From contig NW_027266286.1 in NCBI RefSeq assembly GCF_022045235.1, positions 68,448,001 through 68,512,000 on the forward strand: a stretch of DNA of 64,000 nucleotides, written 5' to 3'. Shown one piece after another: positions 1 to 9,874 of the stretch. Source of the DNA: Haliotis cracherodii. Its lineage: Eukaryota. How positions within the stretch are numbered: position 1 is the first letter of the stretch; every line of letters begins with the position of its first letter. The notes below the pieces were generated by a model. That model did not search any database. It saw only the letters and a list, made by a program, of their open reading frames with translations, and was not told the origin of the DNA. Both the position numbers and the translations under genes were made by a program.

Positions 1-404
1 AACTGGGGGTCAAATCATGGGAAGTTCGAGTCAATATCATGCACACATTTTGGATCAAAACAAATTACCAACACAATACAATGTCCAATCTTGCATTTAA
101 GCTATCACAAGTCACTCCAAACATATCTGACACAGACTCAACAAGCCATTCAAACGGGGGACTATATTCTCCTATTTACCTTCCGGGTCATGGTAAAACT
201 TAGGGGACGTAACTGTGGTCTCGGGCCTAGTCTATCTTAGAGCGAATCTGCTCCTTGACCATTCATATTGCGCTGGACTCTTGAAAAAAACAGAAAACAA
301 ACCAATTGGATTTGGTTTAGAGTGGGCTTTCTCTTGAGATCGTGCCGTTGTATTGGTGGATCGCTGCTCAACTGTATAAGCTCTTAATTCTATCGGCATT
401 GCAT

Positions 405-452
405 GAGTGCATTGAGGCACGTGCCACAGTTTTATTTGGACATGCACACGGC
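405..452. promoter_or_regulatory. Candidate MRE / E-box / MRE module (repeated in each unit)
   Basis: GAGTGCA at 405-411 (TGCACTC on the minus strand), palindrome GGCACGTGCC at 416-425, TGCACACGGC at 443-452. Motif match only. Confidence 0.35.
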
Positions 453-737
453 TGTAATTATAAGCCAGGTGGACGTTTAGAGGCCATAATGATAGTACGA
501 TACTAAATGGGACTTCATGCATTTTCGGACAGAAACAGTCTACTTGCTTTGTTCAACATGTGTATAGGTTTATTGGCAGGCCTTCGAGGTTCCTAACCTT
601 GGTGGGAATGATTCCAAAGTGACAATCACTATGCAGGACACTGAAAAGTAAGTAGGGAAACTAGCTCATACAATCTTGAATTTGATTGTACTTGAAGAAA
701 ATATAACCAAAGATATATTTACAATATAAACCACAGC

Positions 738-743
738 TTTATT
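738..743 (-). terminator. Polyadenylation signal AATAAA (copy 1; repeated in each unit)
   Basis: tttatt at 738-743 on the plus strand, ~113 nt after the stop, followed on the minus strand by GT/T-rich sequence (gctgtggtttatattgtaaatatatctttggttatattttc). Confidence 0.75.
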
Positions 744-855
744 TGTACTCGTTGAGAAATAGACAGAATGAATGGATGCAGCATGGTGAGTGCAATCGAC
801 AAATATGATATCAAATGTCCAGCACTTGATGTGAATATGATGATCCTTGAATCTT

Positions 856-1460
856 TTAACCGTGGTGTCCGCCTCCATGACCACCACCTCCATGACCACC
901 TCCTCCGTGACCACCTCCTCCGTGGCCACCACCTCCGTGTCCTCCTCCTCCTCCTCCATGGCCACCACCTCCGTGTCCTCCTCCTCCTCCTCCTCCATGG
1001 CCACCACCTCCGTGTCCTCCTCCTCCTCCTCCATGGCCACCACCTCCGTGACCTCCACCACCGTGACCGCCGCCTCCGTGACCACCACCACCACCACCGT
1101 GGCCGCCTCCGCCTCCGCCTCCGTGGCCTCCGCCTCCATGGCCGCCACCACCACCACCATGGCCACCAAGGGCGGAGCCAAGGAAGACTGTGAAGAATGT
1201 TCAGAAACAACAATACATAAGTGGTCATATATGACAGGATACACACACACACACACACAAAATCCGTCCACCATTCCTGATACAGTTTAGACCATGGTAG
1301 AAACTATCCTATTCATTACGTTGTCAGCAAATCGAAAAGCCACTTAAAACTCAGCAAGAGCTAATAAAGTTGATTATTACAAAGTTTAAGATTGCGAATT
1401 CTCATCAGATAAGGCACACTTACCCAAGACTACAACAACTGCAACGTTAAGAAGGCGCAT
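856..1460 (-). CDS. Secreted Gly/His-only polypeptide precursor, copy 1 (122 aa; join 1460..1424, 1187..856)
   Basis: ATG in context acaggATG; exon 1 encodes MRLLNVAVVVVL+G; donor G|GTAAGT; acceptor ttcttcacag|TC. Splicing restores the frame to VFLGSALG-GHG6HG4HG7H...G3HHG-TAA. TATA box upstream and AATAAA downstream. Confidence 0.93.
859..1166 (-). repeat. Coding GGN/CAY trinucleotide-based minisatellite (variable length between copies)
   Basis: Contains only GGA, GGT, GGC, CAT and CAC codons in copy 1. A ~36-bp module GGA GGT GGT GGC CAT (GGA)n CAC occurs 1-3 times depending on the copy. Confidence 0.95.
1188..1423 (-). other. Phase-1 spliceosomal intron inside the signal-peptide coding region (copy 1; 230-236 bp, present in every unit)
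   Basis: Perfect GTAAGT donor at 1423-1418; pyrimidine-rich ttgttgtttctgaacattcttcacAG acceptor ending at 1188; removal joins G+TC into a Val codon in frame. Confidence 0.9.
1241..1259. repeat. Intronic (AC)n microsatellite, n about 6-9 across copies
   Basis: acacacacacacacacaca; its length change explains intron sizes of 230, 232, 234 and 236 bp. Confidence 0.9.
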
Positions 1461-1502
1461 CCTGTCAGTTACGTTGTTTATCCACGAGAGAATAAACAAT
1501 TT

Positions 1503-1537
1503 AAATGTCTCTTTTGGGATTCACACCGCCTTATATA
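1503..1537 (-). promoter_or_regulatory. Pol II core promoter: TATA box plus Inr-like start site (copy 1; repeated in each unit)
   Basis: TATATAAG at 1537-1530 on the minus strand. An Inr-like CA(+1)TTT has its A at 1506, 31 nt from the first T of the TATA box, giving a ~46-nt 5'UTR. Confidence 0.75.
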
Positions 1538-1578
1538 CATGTGGTACAGGAAATCAGGATGTTGAATGTAAATGCCCA

Positions 1579-1611
1579 CATTGGAAGATTTTAGTAAATA
1601 AAATTCCAATG
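1579..1611. promoter_or_regulatory. Inverted pair of CCAAT-containing 8-mers at about -75 and -100
   Basis: cattggaa (1579-1586) and ttccaatg (1604-1611) are exact reverse complements at typical CCAAT-box distance from the inferred start site. Confidence 0.35.
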
Positions 1612-3661
1612 AGACTTTTTACAACTTTAGAGCGTGAAGAATGAATCTCTATTTTGTAATATCACATACGACACTGCCACCTGCCTCTCTGTATTAGGCA
1701 TATCTTCCTGCATAATTATTAAATGCAAACTGTGTATTTGTGACCTAACCTGGCACCCTGTGGCTATCTCACTGCCGGGAAGCATGATAGATTTAGTGGT
1801 TCATCCAATGCAATTACAGCTACAGACCATTTTGTGAAAAACTTGAATGGAGATAGAATATTTTAAATGAAGGATAAATGCTGACCTTTAGAATTTCGTT
1901 GGGTGCAAGTACTGAGTCTACTGAGCTACCATGACTTGGAGTCAAAGGACGTTTATCAACGTATGTCAAATACGTCTTTAAAAGCAGAGGTTGTGGGAAG
2001 CTAATTATTCATCTATTCATAATCAAACTTTATGTGAAGTTGGATTTTTCAAGTGTGTGATATATTTCAAAGTTTGAATACCTGCCCGAATAATTTCAAA
2101 GTCTCATTATTTTCTACAATAAAACAGGGTGAAAGCTGATGATATACGCTCTTTGGTTTTCTGGCCTATAACACATGAATGAACACAGGGAAATCATTCC
2201 ATCCCTGCCCACATTACTTTTCAAAGGAACTCTTCCATCTAAGTTTATCTCGTGCGTATATATGTGTGTGTTTGGGAGTGTTTGGGAGAGAAAGTTCACG
2301 TCACATTTTATGCTATTTCGTAACTGGCCCAAACACTAAACAATGATGAAATGCATGAACCTTTTCTAAAGAGTGGTAAAATCTCAGCTTTCGAACACCA
2401 CATGTGGACAGGATATACTTATCCATCACACGAATACCTGATGAAACCACTATCTCCGCAGGAACATGGATGTGGTGGTAGTTTATGACAGGCACTAGGG
2501 GCTTCAACCGTCAATCTATGACCCATGTATGACCCCCTTCCTGCCAAGCATTACCCACACCCACCCACCAAGCTACAGCACCAGAGATGAACATTCATCT
2601 GGCGTCAGAGCACAATTATTCGTCATTCTTTGCTATCTACAGTGGCATGCCAATTCATACTGATTAATATCGCCCTTGCTGACTAACCTGTTACTTATCA
2701 TTTGAACAGCAAAATACCAGTCTGGGTCCACCAGCTCGACTTCCAAGTAAACGCTGTCAACAACGGTCACTGAAAGTATCGAGCCGAAACACACCCATCG
2801 GCCTTCAACTGGGGGTCAAATCATGGGAAGTTCGAGTCAATATCATGCACACATTTTGGATCAAAACAAATTACCAACACAATACAATGTCCAATCTTGC
2901 ATTTAAGCTATCACAAGTCACTCCAAACATATCTGACACAGACTCAACAAGCCATTCAAACGGGGGACTATATTCTCCTATTTACCTTCCGGGTCATGGT
3001 AAAACTTAGGGGACGTAACTGTGGTCTCGGGCCTAGTCTATCTTAGAGCGAATCTGCTCCTTGACCATTCATATTGCGCTGGACTCTTGAAAAAAACAGA
3101 AAACAAACCAATTGGATTTGGTTTAGAGTGGGCTTTCTCTTGAGATCGTGCCGTTGTATTGGTGGATCGCTGCTCAACTGTATAAGCTCTTAATTCTATC
3201 GGCATTGCATGAGTGCATTGAGGCACGTGCCACAGTTTTATTTGGACATGCACACGGCTGTAATTATAAGCCAGGTGGACGTTTAGAGGCCATAATGATA
3301 GTACGATACTAAATGGGACTTCATGCATTTTCGGACAGAAACAGTCTACTTGCTTTGTTCAACATGTGTATAGGTTTATTGGCAGGCCTTCGAGGTTCCT
3401 AACCTTGGTGGGAATGATTCCAAAGTGACAATCACTATGCAGGACACTGAAAAGTAAGTAGGGAAACTAGCTCATACAATCTTGAATTTGATTGTACTTG
3501 AAGAAAATATAACCAAAGATATATTTACAATATAAACCACAGCTTTATTTGTACTCGTTGAGAAATAGACAGAATGAATGGATGCAGCATGGTGAGTGCA
3601 ATCGACAAATATGATATCAAATGTCCAGCACTTGATGTGAATATGATGATCCTTGAATCTT

Positions 3662-4266
3662 TTAACCGTGGTGTCCGCCTCCATGACCACCACCTCCATG
3701 ACCACCTCCTCCGTGACCACCTCCTCCGTGGCCACCACCTCCGTGTCCTCCTCCTCCTCCTCCATGGCCACCACCTCCGTGTCCTCCTCCTCCTCCTCCT
3801 CCATGGCCACCACCTCCGTGTCCTCCTCCTCCTCCTCCATGGCCACCACCTCCGTGACCTCCACCACCGTGACCGCCGCCTCCGTGACCACCACCACCAC
3901 CACCGTGGCCGCCTCCGCCTCCGCCTCCGTGGCCTCCGCCTCCATGGCCGCCACCACCACCACCATGGCCACCAAGGGCGGAGCCAAGGAAGACTGTGAA
4001 GAATGTTCAGAAACAACAATACATAAGTGGTCATATATGACAGGATACACACACACACACACACAAAATCCGTCCACCATTCCTGATACAGTTTAGACCA
4101 TGGTAGAAACTATCCTATTCATTACGTTGTCAGCAAATCGAAAAGCCACTTAAAACTCAGCAAGAGCTAATAAAGTTGATTATTACAAAGTTTAAGATTG
4201 CGAATTCTCATCAGATAAGGCACACTTACCCAAGACTACAACAACTGCAACGTTAAGAAGGCGCAT
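3662..4266 (-). CDS. Gly/His polypeptide precursor, copy 2 (122 aa; join 4266..4230, 3993..3662)
   Basis: Same structure and protein as copy 1, offset 2806. Confidence 0.92.
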
Positions 4267-6467
4267 CCTGTCAGTTACGTTGTTTATCCACGAGAGAATA
4301 AACAATTTAAATGTCTCTTTTGGGATTCACACCGCCTTATATACATGTGGTACAGGAAATCAGGATGTTGAATGTAAATGCCCACATTGGAAGATTTTAG
4401 TAAATAAAATTCCAATGAGACTTTTTACAACTTTAGAGCGTGAAGAATGAATCTCTATTTTGTAATATCACATACGACACTGCCACCTGCCTCTCTGTAT
4501 TAGGCATATCTTCCTGCATAATTATTAAATGCAAACTGTGTATTTGTGACCTAACCTGGCACCCTGTGGCTATCTCACTGCCGGGAAGCATGATAGATTT
4601 AGTGGTTCATCCAATGCAATTACAGCTACAGACCGTTTTGTGAAAAACTTGAATGGAGATAGAATATTTTAAATGAAGGATAAATGCTGACCTTTAGAAT
4701 TTCGTTGGGTGCAAGTACTGAGTCTACTGAGCTACCATGACTTGGAGTCAAAGGACGTTTATCAACGTATGTCAAATACGTCTTTAAAAGCAGAGGTTGT
4801 GGGAAGCTAATTATTCATCTATTCATAATCAAACTTTATGTGAAGTTGGATTTTTCAAGTGTGTGATATATTTCAAAGTTTGAATACCTGCCCGAATAAT
4901 TTCAAAGTCTCATTATTTTCTACAATAAAACAGGGTGAAAGCTGATGATATACGCTCTTTGGTTTTCTGGCCTATAACACATGAATGAACACAGGGAAAT
5001 CATTCCATCCCTGCCCACATTACTTTTCAAAGGAACTCTTCCATCTAAGTTTATCTCGTGCGTATATATGTGTGTGTTTGGGAGTGTTTGGGAGAGAAAG
5101 TTCACGTCACATTTTATGCTATTTCGTAACTGGCCCAAACACTAAACAATGATGAAATGCATGAACCTTTTCTAAAGAGTGGTAAAATCTCAGCTTTCGA
5201 ACACCACATGTGGACAGGATATACTTATCCATCACACGAATACCTGATGAAACCACTATCTCCGCAGGAACATGGATGTGGTGGTAGTTTATGACAGGCA
5301 CTAGGGGCTTCAACCGTCAATCTATGACCCATGTATGACCCCCTTCCTGCCAAGCATTACCCACACCCACCCACCAAGCTACAGCACCAGAGATGAACAT
5401 TCATCTGGCGTCAGAGCACAATTATTCGTCATTCTTTGCTATCTACAGTGGCATGCCAATTCATACTGATTAATATCGCCCTTGCTGACTAACCTGTTAC
5501 TTATCATTTGAACAGCAAAATACCAGTCTGGGTCCACCAGCTCGACTTCCAAGTAAACGCTGTCAACAACGGTCACTGAAAGTATCGAGCCGAAACACAC
5601 CCATCGGCCTTCAACTGGGGGTCAAATCATGGGAAGTTCGAGTCAATATCATGCACACATTTTGGATCAAAACAAATTACCAACACAATACAATGTCCAA
5701 TCTTGCATTTAAGCTATCACAAGTCACTCCAAACATATCTGACACAGACTCAACAAGCCATTCAAACGGGGGACTATATTCTCCTATTTACCTTCCGGGT
5801 CATGGTAAAACTTAGGGGACGTAACTGTGGTCTCGGGCCTAGTCTATCTTAGAGCGAATCTGCTCCTTGACCATTCATATTGCGCTGGACTCTTGAAAAA
5901 AACAGAAAACAAACCAATTGGATTTGGTTTAGAGTGGGCTTTCTCTTGAGATCGTGCCGTTGTATTGGTGGATCGCTGCTCAACTGTATAAGCTCTTAAT
6001 TCTATCGGCATTGCATGAGTGCATTGAGGCACGTGCCACAGTTTTATTTGGACATGCACACGGCTGTAATTATAAGCCAGGTGGACGTTTAGAGGCCATA
6101 ATGATAGTACGATACTAAATGGGACTTCATGCATTTTCGGACAGAAACAGTCTACTTGCTTTGTTCAACATGTGTATAGGTTTATTGGCAGGCCTTCGAG
6201 GTTCCTAACCTTGGTGGGAATGATTCCAAAGTGACAATCACTATGCAGGACACTGAAAAGTAAGTAGGGAAACTAGCTCATACAATCTTGAATTTGATTG
6301 TACTTGAAGAAAATATAACCAAAGATATATTTACAATATAAACCACAGCTTTATTTGTACTCGTTGAGAAATAGACAGAATGAATGGATGCAGCATGGTG
6401 AGTGCAATCGACAAATATGATATCAAATGTCCAGCACTTGATGTGAATATGATGATCCTTGAATCTT

Positions 6468-7072
6468 TTAACCGTGGTGTCCGCCTCCATGACCACCACC
6501 TCCATGACCACCTCCTCCGTGACCACCTCCTCCGTGGCCACCACCTCCGTGTCCTCCTCCTCCTCCTCCATGGCCACCACCTCCGTGTCCTCCTCCTCCT
6601 CCTCCTCCATGGCCACCACCTCCGTGTCCTCCTCCTCCTCCTCCATGGCCACCACCTCCGTGACCTCCACCACCGTGACCGCCGCCTCCGTGACCACCAC
6701 CACCACCACCGTGGCCGCCTCCGCCTCCGCCTCCGTGGCCTCCGCCTCCATGGCCGCCACCACCACCACCATGGCCACCAAGGGCGGAGCCAAGGAAGAC
6801 TGTGAAGAATGTTCAGAAACAACAATACATAAGTGGTCATATATGACAGGATACACACACACACACACACAAAATCCGTCCACCATTCCTGATACAGTTT
6901 AGACCATGGTAGAAACTATCCTATTCATTACGTTGTCAGCAAATCGAAAAGCCACTTAAAACTCAGCAAGAGCTAATAAAGTTGATTATTACAAAGTTTA
7001 AGATTGCGAATTCTCATCAGATAAGGCACACTTACCCAAGACTACAACAACTGCAACGTTAAGAAGGCGCAT
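6468..7072 (-). CDS. Gly/His polypeptide precursor, copy 3 (122 aa; join 7072..7036, 6799..6468)
   Basis: Same structure and protein as copy 1. Confidence 0.92.
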
Positions 7073-9273
7073 CCTGTCAGTTACGTTGTTTATCCACGAG
7101 AGAATAAACAATTTAAATGTCTCTTTTGGGATTCACACCGCCTTATATACATGTGGTACAGGAAATCAGGATGTTGAATGTAAATGCCCACATTGGAAGA
7201 TTTTAGTAAATAAAATTCCAATGAGACTTTTTACAACTTTAGAGCGTGAAGAATGAATCTCTATTTTGTAATATCACATACGACACTGCCACCTGCCTCT
7301 CTGTATTAGGCATATCTTCCTGCATAATTATTAAATGCAAACTGTGTATTTGTGACCTAACCTGGCACCCTGTGGCTATCTCACTGCCGGGAAGCATGAT
7401 AGATTTAGTGGTTCATCCAATGCAATTACAGCTACAGACCGTTTTGTGAAAAACTTGAATGGAGATAGAATATTTTAAATGAAGGATAAATGCTGACCTT
7501 TAGAATTTCGTTGGGTGCAAGTACTGAGTCTACTGAGCTACCATGACTTGGAGTCAAAGGACGTTTATCAACGTATGTCAAATACGTCTTTAAAAGCAGA
7601 GGTTGTGGGAAGCTAATTATTCATCTATTCATAATCAAACTTTATGTGAAGTTGGATTTTTCAAGTGTGTGATATATTTCAAAGTTTGAATACCTGCCCG
7701 AATAATTTCAAAGTCTCATTATTTTCTACAATAAAACAGGGTGAAAGCTGATGATATACGCTCTTTGGTTTTCTGGCCTATAACACATGAATGAACACAG
7801 GGAAATCATTCCATCCCTGCCCACATTACTTTTCAAAGGAACTCTTCCATCTAAGTTTATCTCGTGCGTATATATGTGTGTGTTTGGGAGTGTTTGGGAG
7901 AGAAAGTTCACGTCACATTTTATGCTATTTCGTAACTGGCCCAAACACTAAACAATGATGAAATGCATGAACCTTTTCTAAAGAGTGGTAAAATCTCAGC
8001 TTTCGAACACCACATGTGGACAGGATATACTTATCCATCACACGAATACCTGATGAAACCACTATCTCCGCAGGAACATGGATGTGGTGGTAGTTTATGA
8101 CAGGCACTAGGGGCTTCAACCGTCAATCTATGACCCATGTATGACCCCCTTCCTGCCAAGCATTACCCACACCCACCCACCAAGCTACAGCACCAGAGAT
8201 GAACATTCATCTGGCGTCAGAGCACAATTATTCGTCATTCTTTGCTATCTACAGTGGCATGCCAATTCATACTGATTAATATCGCCCTTGCTGACTAACC
8301 TGTTACTTATCATTTGAACAGCAAAATACCAGTCTGGGTCCACCAGCTCGACTTCCAAGTAAACGCTGTCAACAACGGTCACTGAAAGTATCGAGCCGAA
8401 ACACACCCATCGGCCTTCAACTGGGGGTCAAATCATGGGAAGTTCGAGTCAATATCATGCACACATTTTGGATCAAAACAAATTACCAACACAATACAAT
8501 GTCCAATCTTGCATTTAAGCTATCACAAGTCACTCCAAACATATCTGACACAGACTCAACAAGCCATTCAAACGGGGGACTATATTCTCCTATTTACCTT
8601 CCGGGTCATGGTAAAACTTAGGGGACGTAACTGTGGTCTCGGGCCTAGTCTATCTTAGAGCGAATCTGCTCCTTGACCATTCATATTGCGCTGGACTCTT
8701 GAAAAAAACAGAAAACAAACCAATTGGATTTGGTTTAGAGTGGGCTTTCTCTTGAGATCGTGCCGTTGTATTGGTGGATCGCTGCTCAACTGTATAAGCT
8801 CTTAATTCTATCGGCATTGCATGAGTGCATTGAGGCACGTGCCACAGTTTTATTTGGACATGCACACGGCTGTAATTATAAGCCAGGTGGACGTTTAGAG
8901 GCCATAATGATAGTACGATACTAAATGGGACTTCATGCATTTTCGGACAGAAACAGTCTACTTGCTTTGTTCAACATGTGTATAGGTTTATTGGCAGGCC
9001 TTCGAGGTTCCTAACCTTGGTGGGAATGATTCCAAAGTGACAATCACTATGCAGGACACTGAAAAGTAAGTAGGGAAACTAGCTCATACAATCTTGAATT
9101 TGATTGTACTTGAAGAAAATATAACCAAAGATATATTTACAATATAAACCACAGCTTTATTTGTACTCGTTGAGAAATAGACAGAATGAATGGATGCAGC
9201 ATGGTGAGTGCAATCGACAAATATGATATCAAATGTCCAGCACTTGATGTGAATATGATGATCCTTGAATCTT

Positions 9274-9874
9274 TTAACCGTGGTGTCCGCCTCCATGACC
9301 ACCACCTCCATGACCACCTCCTCCGTGACCACCTCCTCCGTGGCCACCACCTCCGTGTCCTCCTCCTCCTCCTCCATGGCCACCACCTCCGTGTCCTCCT
9401 CCTCCTCCTCCTCCATGGCCACCACCTCCGTGTCCTCCTCCTCCTCCTCCATGGCCACCACCTCCGTGACCTCCACCACCGTGACCGCCGCCTCCGTGAC
9501 CACCACCACCACCACCGTGGCCGCCTCCGCCTCCGCCTCCGTGGCCTCCGCCTCCATGGCCGCCACCACCACCACCATGGCCACCAAGGGCGGAGCCAAG
9601 GAAGACTGTGAAGAATGTTCAGAAACAACAATACATAAGTGGTCATATATGACAGGATACACACACACACACAAAATCCGTCCACCATTCCTGATACAGT
9701 TTAGACCATGGTAGAAACTATCCTATTCATTACGTTGTCAGCAAATCGAAAAGCCACTTAAAACTCAGCAAGAGCTAATAAAGTTGATTATTACAAAGTT
9801 TAAGATTGCGAATTCTCATCAGATAAGGCACACTTACCCAAGACTACAACAACTGCAACGTTAAGAAGGCGCAT
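9274..9874 (-). CDS. Gly/His polypeptide precursor, copy 4 (122 aa; join 9874..9838, 9605..9274)
   Basis: Same protein as copy 1; intron is 232 bp because of a shorter CA repeat. Confidence 0.92.

Noticed and set aside
666-1274. Minus-strand ORFs encoding Val/Glu-rich (202 aa) and Arg/Trp-rich (179 aa) proteins
   Set aside because: These are shifted frames of the GGN repeat. Their starts lie in the intron and swap frame with CA-repeat length, and they lack promoter or splice support. Only the Gly/His frame joins exon 1 into a signal peptide.
768-1290. Plus-strand Ser/Thr-rich mucin-like ORF and His/Leu-rich ORF
   Set aside because: Antisense shadows of the repeat. Changes that are silent or conservative in the Gly/His gene create stops in them (TCC>TCA truncates the Ser/Thr ORF in copies 6-9, 11 and 12; the G16S change truncates the His/Leu ORF in copy 10).
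856-1460. Assigning a known gene name (ctenidin, shepherin, holotricin-3, Nvjp-1, plant glycine-rich protein)
   Set aside because: The resemblance is compositional only. I cannot match the signal peptide or gene structure to any of them without a database search.
604-2200. NF-kB-like sequences (GGGAATGATTCC ~604-615, GGGAAATCATTCC ~2188-2200) suggesting immune induction
   Set aside because: Spacing does not match the GGGRNWYYCC consensus, so they are not enough to support an antimicrobial-peptide promoter.
232-2507. Short spacer ORFs (96, 67, 72 and 64 aa) recurring in each unit
   Set aside because: No recognisable domain, several non-ATG starts, and they are broken by frameshifts, stops or deletions in various copies. 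They recur only because the unit is repeated.
8-2770. About nine GGTCA/TGACC half-sites and small imperfect hairpins (e.g. 298-318, 2580-2602) per unit
   Set aside because: Short motifs with no clear direct- or inverted-repeat geometry, and no structured-RNA or MITE boundaries; indistinguishable from chance by eye.
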